A stretch of DNA of 64,000 nucleotides, from assembly GCA_046346705.1 (NCBI GenBank), contig JAXMHR010000012.1, positions 109,131 through 173,130 of the forward strand, written 5' to 3'. Both the position numbers and the translations under genes were made by a program. The stretch comes from Verrucomicrobiota bacterium (lineage in GTDB: Bacteria > Verrucomicrobiota > Verrucomicrobiia > Limisphaerales > UBA9464). Within the stretch, counting starts at the first letter, position 1. The number at the start of each line of letters is the position of its first letter. Positions 19,569-27,250 of this stretch are shown here, piece by piece. The notes under the pieces were generated by a model. That model did not search any database and was not told where the DNA came from. It worked only from the letters and a program-made list of their open reading frames with translations.

Positions 19569-20355
19569 CGTGCCGTTCGAGAACTTGGGGGTTCTCGAAG
19601 TGAAGGAAGGCATGATGCGACTGAATCGGAGCGGGGAGCATTCCGGTGCCGAAGTGATTTCCGGTGGTGCACGGCTTGAGTTCACCGGGGGGCGCCATCG
19701 CCTGATGGGGGGAGTCCTTCTGAGCGGGACGGGTGCGCTGGTCCTGGACGGCATCGAATTGGAATTGCAGTCCGCTGTGGACTTTGGGGTTCTCTCGGTG
19801 ACGTTCCGCGGGGCGAGTTCGGTGACTGGCAATTTCCCGATCAGCAATTCCCCAGGTGGCGAATTGGTGCTGGAGCGGGATTTGACCATTCCCGGAGATC
19901 TCAACATTGGAGGAATCCTGCGTCTCGTGGGGACAGATCGGCAGGGAGTCGTCGGTGGGACGCTCACGCTCGCAGCGACCGGCACCATTGAGAACCCCGG
20001 GGTCCTGAGGGTCGGTGCATTTGTCGACCAGGGCGGAACCGTGAATGGAAATGCGCCGTTGGTGACGGGCCTTATTGCCCACAACACCGCGGTGATTACC
20101 AGTATCCGAAGGGAGCGGGCTCCGGCAGGCGTTGGCCCCAGCACCGAGACCGCCCTGATCATCGGTTGGAAGGCTATTTCGATGGTGAATTTTGTCGCAG
20201 AATCGAGTGATGACCTCGTCCACTGGAAGATTGTTTCTGGGGAGCCTTCTGTTGTGGGACCGGCAAGTTTCGAGACTCGGGTGGCGGTTCCGGCCGGTTC
20301 TCAACGATTCATCCGTATTCGGTGGCTGGATCCACAAGGGCAGAGCGGGAAATAG
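19450..20355 (+). CDS. C-terminal continuation of the giant surface protein (beta-helix repeats plus terminal beta-sandwich-like module), separated from it by a frameshift
   Basis: Upstream of the listed GTG this frame reads ..GFENRGTVIMPAGESIPY... That repeats the earlier in-gene pattern GIENFGTIRFDQAAGI / LVNRGVLVFEGDSAIE. There is no independent signal peptide or convincing RBS. The product ends with ..ESSDDLVHWKIV...QRFIRIRW. Confidence 0.8.
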   Translation: MIMPAGESIPYADRYGAQPMVISNLGRWVKQGTGADSYVDVPFENLGVLEVKEGMMRLNRSGEHSGAEVISGGARLEFTGGRHRLMGGVLLSGTGALVLDGIELELQSAVDFGVLSVTFRGASSVTGNFPISNSPGGELVLERDLTIPGDLNIGGILRLVGTDRQGVVGGTLTLAATGTIENPGVLRVGAFVDQGGTVNGNAPLVTGLIAHNTAVITSIRRERAPAGVGPSTETALIIGWKAISMVNFVAESSDDLVHWKIVSGEPSVVGPASFETRVAVPAGSQRFIRIRWLDPQGQSGK

Positions 20356-20744
20356 TGAGACCACGGGAACAAGGGAGTCCTCCAAGGGGCCAGGAGGCGC
20401 TCGAACAGGGAGGGGTCGAATCCCCATTTCGTGAATCTCAACCTCCGCCCGGACGACGGCGGCACGGAAATGGATTCGAAGGGATCGAGACCCGTTGACC
20501 CGGGCGGACCCGGTTCCGCGATTCGGGAACGCGACGCAGCGGAGGCCCTGGTGAGCGGTTGATAGAGGCCTGCCCATTCTGGATCTCCTTAAGGACCGGC
20601 GTGGTTGCTTGCAAGTCGTCCCGTCGGGACCTCCCGGGATTCGCCTTTGCGTTGCGAACGTCCAGAGAGTAGAGAACTCAGGGCTTGGTGCTTTTGTGGC
20701 GGCCTGTGAGCCCCCACGACCAAGGTCCAAGTCCTGACTTTCGC

Positions 20745-21848
20745 ATGAGATCCGCTCTGTCGACTCCCTTCCATAAGCTCGTTCCTCGAATTGCAACAGC
20801 AGTTCTCGGGACTTGGGTGTTCGGGATGTCCGCGGCCAGCATCGGACTCAATTTTCAAGACGACTGGGTAGATGATGGCGGCGCCCTGGTGACGCGAGAA
20901 GCCTTTGGGGTTCCGGCGGCGCGATGGTTCAATATGCCCCGGGTATTGGGCTCGGCCATTGCGTCCGGGGTGTCCACCAATGCAGTGATCACTCTTCCTG
21001 AGGGTGGAGATCTTCGGATTGAATGGGCTTGTACGATCACTCGAAGCCTGACGGGGGATATCCCGACGGAGGTGGGGAGGGACGAAGTTATTTACGGGTA
21101 CCTCGACGACGCCAATACTGGATATAGGGTCCGCATGAGCGGGTTTAGGAATGTGGCCGCTCAATACTCTCTTCAGCTGATTGCGTCTACGGACGATGGG
21201 CAGGGTTTCGCGGATGCCCGACTGGAGTACGGGAGCGGGGAGGAACTGCTTTCCTATGGAGAGGCGCAGGATTCGGGGTTCGCCAGCGGCGTCTTCAGCA
21301 CGTCTATGGTGAGTGCCCCGATTTCCACGCTGGCCACAAACAATTCACTCGTCATCGATGGTGGTGCCAGAAGTGGAGCCCTTCGGGCCACCCTGGCGGG
21401 GATCATCATTGAGTACACCCCCGGGGGCGCAAATCCTCCAGTCGTCGAAATGCAATCGGTGTCCCCTTCCGAGACCGTCTACGAAGGGGCCACCCTGACG
21501 TTTCGATCCGCCGCATCGGGAAGCCCGCCGTTGCGCTATCAGTGGATGCTGGGGGGCAAGGCGATCGACGGTGCCACGGGGAGTTCGTTCACGAAGGAGA
21601 ATGTAAAAGCCGGGGATGGGGGGCTCTATTCAGTCGTGGTCTCGAATGGCTTTGGATCCGTCCCGAGTCAGGCGATGGAAGTTTCTGTGCTCCCTGTGGA
21701 ACCCCCTCAAATCGTCCAACCGCCCCGGTCGGAAGACGTCTACCTGGGATTCCCTGTTTCCTTCGAAGTCGTCGCGACCGGAGGAAGGCTTGATTACCAA
21801 TGGAAGCACCGGGGGCAGGAGTTGAAGGGGAGACAAACACCGTGTTGA
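20745..21848 (+). CDS. Secreted Ig-like (I-set type) domain protein, N-terminal part of a gene interrupted by a frameshift near 21827-21830
   Basis: Signal-like N-terminus MRSALSTPFHKLVPRIATAVLGTWVFGMSAASIG (ATG 20745 within ORF 20685..21848). Ig-type strands are present (YQWMLGGKAIDGATGSSF..GDGGLYSVVVSN). A second unit starts YQWKHRGQELKG and is then cut by an out-of-frame stop. Confidence 0.75.
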   Translation: MRSALSTPFHKLVPRIATAVLGTWVFGMSAASIGLNFQDDWVDDGGALVTREAFGVPAARWFNMPRVLGSAIASGVSTNAVITLPEGGDLRIEWACTITRSLTGDIPTEVGRDEVIYGYLDDANTGYRVRMSGFRNVAAQYSLQLIASTDDGQGFADARLEYGSGEELLSYGEAQDSGFASGVFSTSMVSAPISTLATNNSLVIDGGARSGALRATLAGIIIEYTPGGANPPVVEMQSVSPSETVYEGATLTFRSAASGSPPLRYQWMLGGKAIDGATGSSFTKENVKAGDGGLYSVVVSNGFGSVPSQAMEVSVLPVEPPQIVQPPRSEDVYLGFPVSFEVVATGGRLDYQWKHRGQELKGRQTPC

Positions 21849-23602
21849 AACTGCCTTCGGTTGGCATGGAGGACCGGGGCGTCTATTCGGTGGTGGTCCG
21901 CAATCCGCGTGGGACCGCAGAAGCGTCCGCCACGTTGGGAGTGCGAACGCCGCGATCTCACTACGAGGCTGCCGTGGCGTCCTCAAAGCCGCTCGTATAC
22001 TTTCGAATGTCGGAGCCCGGCCCGGTTGTTCAGGACATTGCGGCCAACGAAGGAATTCTCGGTGCGACGGGCACCGGGGTTTATGTGGGTGCCGTTCGTC
22101 ATGGCGTTCCGGGGGCTCTCGTGGGCAATGAAGATGCCGCCATCTCTTTGGAAGGGGGACGTCTGACCGTGGGATTCAATTCCATCCTCAATCCTCCGGG
22201 TTCATTTACGGTGGAATGTTGGGCGAACCCTTTGGACGTCGATTCGGGTCCCCGGGTCCTGGTGCAATCGATGATCAACGGTGAAAATCCTGAGAATTCC
22301 AGTGATCGGTCAGGTTGGTCGTTGCGGCAGAACGGAGCCAGCCTTGAGTTTTTGATTGGGGGAACCACCGGGAATCCGGGATATACGACCGTTGCCACGG
22401 CCCGGGAGGCCGTGAAAGCAGGAGAGTGGAGGCAATACTCGGCGATCTACGATAGTGTAACTCTGCAAGTCTCCCTGCTGGTTAACGGAATCGTGGTCAC
22501 GAACGTTGAGGCCGCGGAGGCCTTGATTCCAAACTACGCCGCGCCGCTTCTGATCGGAAATCGCGGATACGGCGGGTGGATCTTCCGCGGCCATGTGGAT
22601 GAAGTGGCCCTGTATCCGGCTGCATTGCCTCCAGCAAGGCTTGCCTCCCACTATCGCACAGCGACCAATGCAGCGACGTCCGCGACCTATCGGGCACAAG
22701 TGCGAGGAGACGGTGCCGTGGAATATCTTCGACTCGATGACGCGGGACTGCCTCCACAGGCCAATGCCACTGCGAACCAGGGTGTCCTGGGACAAATATG
22801 GACGGGCACCTATGTCGGGGCGGGGCCGAACCTGGGAAACCCACTGGCGTTGCCGGGAATCGCCGGACCCCGACCCTCCGAACTGCCGGGACTGGATGCC
22901 ACCAATGCCTCCCTATCGTTGACGAACGGTTGGGTGACGTCGCCCCCGCTTCCCTTGTCGGATCATGTGACGGCGGTTTGCTGGCTGAACCGTGCCGAGG
23001 TTTCCACGACCGGTGATCTCAGTTGGCCGGCATGGCTCGGGGGTGGGGGACTTCATTTGGACGGCGGTACCGCATCGAATCCAGATGCGGAACTGCGGTA
23101 TCACTGGAACGGATTGCAGTGGGATTGGGGATCCGGACTCAAGGTGCCAGCCAATGTTTGGACCTGGGTTGCCCTGGTGGTGGAACCCGATCAGGCGACG
23201 ATCTACATGTCCGACTCGGGCGTTCTTACGTCCTCCGCGCACACCGAGGTGATGCACGCACCCATGATCGTGTCCTCGCCGCCGGGATTTGGCGGCAACC
23301 AACCGGATCGCAGTGATCGGAATTACATCGGCTTGATCGACGAGGTCGCAGTTTATGATCGTGCCCTAGCGAAGAGTGAGATCGAAACCTTGTATGCGAG
23401 CGCGCTGTCGGCGGTACCCGGTTCCCCGAGCCCATTGGAAATCTCCGAGGAGGATGGACGCCATGTTCTCACATGGACCTCGGGGGCACTTCAATCTTCT
23501 TCGTCCCTGAGCGATGCCTTTCGCGATGTTGATGGTGCCACATCGCCGTATCCGGTGAATTCGTTCGGGGCGAACATTTACTACCGGTTGCGACCGAATT
23601 GA
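21800..23602 (+). CDS. Continuation of the Ig-like protein: rest of the second Ig unit, two LamG (Laminin_G_3)-like domains and a terminal beta-sandwich-like module
   Basis: The frame begins mid-domain (..ETNTVLKLPSVGMEDRGVYSVVVRN), completing the Ig unit begun in the previous ORF. LamG-type motifs are present (HVDEVALYPAAL, LIDEVAVYDRAL). The tail reads ..LQSSSSLSDAF....NIYYRLRPN. Confidence 0.8.
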   Translation: MEAPGAGVEGETNTVLKLPSVGMEDRGVYSVVVRNPRGTAEASATLGVRTPRSHYEAAVASSKPLVYFRMSEPGPVVQDIAANEGILGATGTGVYVGAVRHGVPGALVGNEDAAISLEGGRLTVGFNSILNPPGSFTVECWANPLDVDSGPRVLVQSMINGENPENSSDRSGWSLRQNGASLEFLIGGTTGNPGYTTVATAREAVKAGEWRQYSAIYDSVTLQVSLLVNGIVVTNVEAAEALIPNYAAPLLIGNRGYGGWIFRGHVDEVALYPAALPPARLASHYRTATNAATSATYRAQVRGDGAVEYLRLDDAGLPPQANATANQGVLGQIWTGTYVGAGPNLGNPLALPGIAGPRPSELPGLDATNASLSLTNGWVTSPPLPLSDHVTAVCWLNRAEVSTTGDLSWPAWLGGGGLHLDGGTASNPDAELRYHWNGLQWDWGSGLKVPANVWTWVALVVEPDQATIYMSDSGVLTSSAHTEVMHAPMIVSSPPGFGGNQPDRSDRNYIGLIDEVAVYDRALAKSEIETLYASALSAVPGSPSPLEISEEDGRHVLTWTSGALQSSSSLSDAFRDVDGATSPYPVNSFGANIYYRLRPN

Positions 23603-23670
23603 TGGTCGGGGCGGATGTGGAAACGATTCCCGAGGCCGAACCCCGCGGCCAGGGAGTGCCTGCCCCAGCC

Positions 23671-24441
23671 TCAACGTGCCCGGACGGGCGCTACATTGAG
23701 ATCCCAGTCGTAGTTCGTGTATTCAATCCGTACGGTTTTGGCGCCGTCCAATTCGGAGCGCATTGAAGCGGAAAGATAGGGGCGCAAATAGATGGCAAGA
23801 CCGCTCTCGGCGGGGGCGAAATCCTTCCCGTACCACTTGAATATCGGAGAAAGCCAGAGGGTTCCCGATTTCGCGTCGAATCGATTCTTGTCGGATTGCG
23901 CGAGAAATGTTCTAGCCTGATCGTCGAGTTGATCGTCCAGTTCCTTCCCTAGATAGGGTTCCAAACGAAGGGGTGGGCATCCTCGAGCGGCACAGACGAG
24001 CGCGAAATGAATCCGCGGGTCCCCATAGTCCGGCCGAAGTATTTTATGTTCGAGGTGATCCAGGGACATGGATTGTCCTGCCAGCAAAACTTCCGTTTCG
24101 CGCCACGCAGCCCCAGGAAGCACGCCGATGCTGCGGATGCTGCGGACGGGATAGTGATCGCGGACGACTCGGAGAGTGGTCGCATTGTACAGATTGATCA
24201 GCAGAGCCAGTCGGTCCTTGCGGTCCCAGTTGGAGAATGCAGTGGCATCCAGGTGCGCAATCTCCCCGAGATAGGTGTTCAGGGTTTCCGGCGCCCGTGT
24301 TAAGCGGACGTAGTCCACCCCTTCAGGATTTGCGACCTCGCTCAGTACCCGTTGGTATTTGGAATGGGTTCGATCGAAGGGCTCCTCTCCATAGCTCTCA
24401 AACGCGCTGATGAGGTCCCCGAAACTCAGGAGGATCAGCAT
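23671..24441 (-). CDS. DUF547 domain-containing protein
   Basis: Motifs LLINLYNATTL, HLEHKILRP, DPRIHFALVCAARGCPPL and SPIFKWYGKDF are typical of DUF547. The start is set at ATG 24441 (MLILLSFGDLISA) because the long upstream extension of ORF 23671..24855 overlaps the preceding gene. A TTG a few codons upstream is also possible. Confidence 0.8.
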   Translation of the reverse strand: MLILLSFGDLISAFESYGEEPFDRTHSKYQRVLSEVANPEGVDYVRLTRAPETLNTYLGEIAHLDATAFSNWDRKDRLALLINLYNATTLRVVRDHYPVRSIRSIGVLPGAAWRETEVLLAGQSMSLDHLEHKILRPDYGDPRIHFALVCAARGCPPLRLEPYLGKELDDQLDDQARTFLAQSDKNRFDAKSGTLWLSPIFKWYGKDFAPAESGLAIYLRPYLSASMRSELDGAKTVRIEYTNYDWDLNVAPVRAR

Positions 24442-24680
24442 GGGGAACAGCAAAACTCGGAACTCGGGTGCTTGTCCGACTTCGTGGGAGCCTTCAGGCG
24501 GGTGCACGCGACCAGCGTGGAACAGAATCCCGGGAGACGCACCTGGGAAATCAGGACGCCGGATTCCGTTCCTTCTGGGCCTCAAATCCGGAGTATATTT
24601 CCGGAATGAGGGATTCAAACGAGTGGCGGTGGCCGATGAATTCGAGTTTACGTCCAGCGACGAACCGCGGGAGCCGGGTT

Positions 24681-25802
24681 CTATTCCCCGGAGAAGAGCA
24701 ATGGAGCGACTTCGACCAGATGGCGTCGCCAGAGAGAGAAATTGTGGAGACCGTCGGATTCCCGGAAGGAGACTCGGATCTGATGTGCGGACAGGAGTTC
24801 CACTAGTTGTTGATTGCGTGGAAATGCTGCGTCTTGGCGTCCACATCCGACCCATAGGAGTCTTAGTTTTTGGTTGGTTCCCGCAGGGTCTGAAAGGATC
24901 GACTGAAATCGCGAGGAAAAGTCAGCAGGCACCGCGGTGCTGAAGGCGGCGATCGCGCTAAAATTATCCAGATGACCCAGGCCTATCTGCAGCGCCTGCC
25001 CGCCGCCCATGGAGAGCCCTACGATGGCCCTGTGATTGCGTCCCGGGAATGTTCGGTAGCGATGGTCGACCTCCGGCAGTACTTCGTTCAGGAGATGTTG
25101 TTCGAAGAGTTCCGAGTTTCGGTCCTGCGGGCCGTCAAACGGAACCGCGTGGCCCCAGGGCATGACGAGGATCATGGGCACCGCGCGGTGTGCTGCGATG
25201 AGGTTGTCGAGGATGACCTGGGCTCGTCCCACGTCCGTCCAGCCGGCGGCGGTGTCGTTGCTTCCGTGGAGGAGGCAGACCACGGGAAAGCGGCGGGTCG
25301 AATCCGTGTCATATCCGGGGGGGATATAGACCCGGTAAGCTCTGGTTTCACCGAGCACTTCGGATAGAATCCAGTGGATGGCGACGGTTCCATGGGGGAC
25401 ATTGCGAATCTGCCACCAGTCCGAAGGATCTCCGGGAATGTCCACGAGGCTTGCCGAGGTGCGGGCACGAAGTTTGACCTGGGGATTGACAGGGTCGGGA
25501 GTGGTGACGCCGTCCACAGTGACGGTGTAAATGGCAGGACCTGGTTCCAAGGGACCCTGGGTCAGGCTCCAGACCCCCTGGTCATCCCGCACCATGGGCA
25601 TCGGTGCGTTGGTGGGCATCCAGTCGCCCCAGAGACCGACATCCGCGGCCCTGGGCGCTTCGACCCGGAATACAACCCGTCGGTCGGGAAGAATTTCCGG
25701 TGAAGTGACGAGGGGTTTGGTCCGAGGTCCAGGACTGGCGTCAGTCGTGAACCCGAGGAAGGCTGCAGCCCCGAGGAGGACGAGAATGCGACAATGTACC
25801 AT
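24681..25802 (-). CDS. Secreted esterase (Esterase/PF00756-type, CE1-like) with an N-terminal Ig-like/CBM48-like domain
   Basis: Signal peptide MVHCRILVLLGAAAFLGF (ATG 25802). The N-terminal beta domain reads VVFRVEAPRAADVGLWGDW..DDQGVWSL. The esterase core shows YRVYIPPGYD, VVCLLHGSNDT, GLSMGGGQAL (GxSxG) and a late His region. The 200-codon upstream ORF extension was rejected. Confidence 0.85.
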   Translation of the reverse strand: MVHCRILVLLGAAAFLGFTTDASPGPRTKPLVTSPEILPDRRVVFRVEAPRAADVGLWGDWMPTNAPMPMVRDDQGVWSLTQGPLEPGPAIYTVTVDGVTTPDPVNPQVKLRARTSASLVDIPGDPSDWWQIRNVPHGTVAIHWILSEVLGETRAYRVYIPPGYDTDSTRRFPVVCLLHGSNDTAAGWTDVGRAQVILDNLIAAHRAVPMILVMPWGHAVPFDGPQDRNSELFEQHLLNEVLPEVDHRYRTFPGRNHRAIVGLSMGGGQALQIGLGHLDNFSAIAAFSTAVPADFSSRFQSILSDPAGTNQKLRLLWVGCGRQDAAFPRNQQLVELLSAHQIRVSFRESDGLHNFSLWRRHLVEVAPLLFSGE

Positions 25803-26077
25803 GGGAATCCCTTGGAACGCCAGATCCTCTCCAGAATCGAGGGGATCCATCCAGATGTTTTCCATTCGATGGCCATGCGCTGTAAGCGTGGAAGAATTCG
25901 TATCGATCGTCGAACGTCGATCAGACCTTGCGTTTGCATTGCACCGTGGGATGCGATGAGGGCGAGCTCGACAGGTCTTACAAAATAGGTAAGTATTTTT
26001 GCGTTGAACCCGTAGTGTCTGCAGGAATCGCCCATGGCCCTGTGTCGATTGGCATGCGGACTGCAACCGGATCATGT

Positions 26078-27226
26078 ATGTCATATGGAATTCTTCGCTG
26101 GAGCATGGTGTTGATCCGGACCGGGCTGGTCGCGATGGCCGTATTCGGGTTTGCGAATGTCGGTGCCGTTGAAACCGAATTCCGGTCTGAAGGAGGGAGG
26201 CTTTGGCTGGAAGTCCGGGGTACTCCGAATGCACGGGTTGACGTACTGACCCAGGGGCAGGTGGATGGAGGTCCTTGGCAGCCGGCAGGTCAGATGTATC
26301 TCCATCAGGGAACCGCGGAAGTGGAATTGTCAGTCGGACAAGAGACGGGGTTCTTTCAAGTGGTGGAAGATCCGGAGGATTTGAAGCCGGCGGCCGATCC
26401 ACTCCGTCTTGTTTGGTGTCGCGCCGGCACCTTCACCATGGGGAGCCAGGAGGATGAGGTGAGGCCAAACCGCAACTGGCACATGGTTTCGGAAGTGCCC
26501 GCGACGGTGGTGACGCTGACCCAGGGTTTCTGGATTGGAGCCTACGAATTGACGCAGCGGGAATACCTGGACGTGGTGGGGAACAATCCCAGTTATTTTA
26601 CGAACGCCCCCAATCATCTTGACCTGCCCAGTGACCGGCTCACTTGGAATCAGGCCAGCAACTATTGCGCATTGCTATCCCGTCGGGAACGGCAGGCCGG
26701 GCGGCTCCCCGAAGGATATACCTATCGGTTGCCCACCGAAGCGGAATGGGAGTACGCCTGCCGGGCCGGGACTACCAACCGGTTCTACTTCGGAGACTAT
26801 CCGGATTATTGGAATCGCCCGAGCACCACCCCCCTTGGGGAGCATTCCTGGTACTACCAAAACAGCAAAAAGACGGTGCATCCTCCGGGGGAGAAGCTTC
26901 CAAACCCCTGGGGGATCTACGACCTCTACGGCAATGTCTGCGAATGGGTGATCGATCATGCCGCACCGTATCCAGGTGGACACGTGACCAATTACGTGGC
27001 GACCAGTGCGATCAACATCCGGGGCGAGACTTTTACCAACGCGGCTCCGGCTCCGTGGTCCACGATGTCGATTTATCGGTCCGGCAACTGGAACGATACC
27101 GACCTTCGGGGCCAGGGATCGTCGGCGCGGATCGCGGGGTGGCGAACCACGTTCTGGCAAAATCTCGGATTGAGGATCGTCCTGGGGCCCGTCCTTCCCG
27201 GGGTTTGGACCTACCGCGGAGAGTGA
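26078..27226 (+). CDS. Formylglycine-generating-enzyme family (SUMF1/FGE-sulfatase domain) protein with an N-terminal beta-sandwich-like module
   Basis: Signal-like MSYGILRWSMVLIRTGLVAMAVFGFANVGA (ATG 26078). FGE-family motifs are present: WCRAGTFTMGS, LTQGFWIGAYELTQREY, RLPTEAEWEYACRAGT, NPWGIYDLYGNVCEWV, RSGNW. Confidence 0.85.
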   Translation: MSYGILRWSMVLIRTGLVAMAVFGFANVGAVETEFRSEGGRLWLEVRGTPNARVDVLTQGQVDGGPWQPAGQMYLHQGTAEVELSVGQETGFFQVVEDPEDLKPAADPLRLVWCRAGTFTMGSQEDEVRPNRNWHMVSEVPATVVTLTQGFWIGAYELTQREYLDVVGNNPSYFTNAPNHLDLPSDRLTWNQASNYCALLSRRERQAGRLPEGYTYRLPTEAEWEYACRAGTTNRFYFGDYPDYWNRPSTTPLGEHSWYYQNSKKTVHPPGEKLPNPWGIYDLYGNVCEWVIDHAAPYPGGHVTNYVATSAINIRGETFTNAAPAPWSTMSIYRSGNWNDTDLRGQGSSARIAGWRTTFWQNLGLRIVLGPVLPGVWTYRGE

Positions 27227-27233
27227 CTCAGCG

Positions 27234-27250
27234 TTGAGGGGGCCGCCTCA
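27234..27250. terminator. Candidate bidirectional hairpin between convergent genes (FGE-family + strand, GH32 - strand)
   Basis: TTGAGG-ggccg-CCTCAA (6-bp stem, 5-nt loop) lies in the 21-nt gap between the stop at 27226 and the minus-strand stop at 27248-27250. It has no clear U-tract, so support is weak. Confidence 0.3.

Noticed and set aside
20685-20744. Upstream start (20685) for the Ig-like protein, and similar long 5' extensions of ORFs 24855, 26402, 25928, 33700, 34361, 37234 and 39189
   Set aside because: The extensions precede clear signal peptides or conserved N-termini, overlap neighbouring genes or divergent promoters, and are compositionally non-coding. Internal ATG/GTG starts with better context were chosen, and uncertainty is noted per feature.
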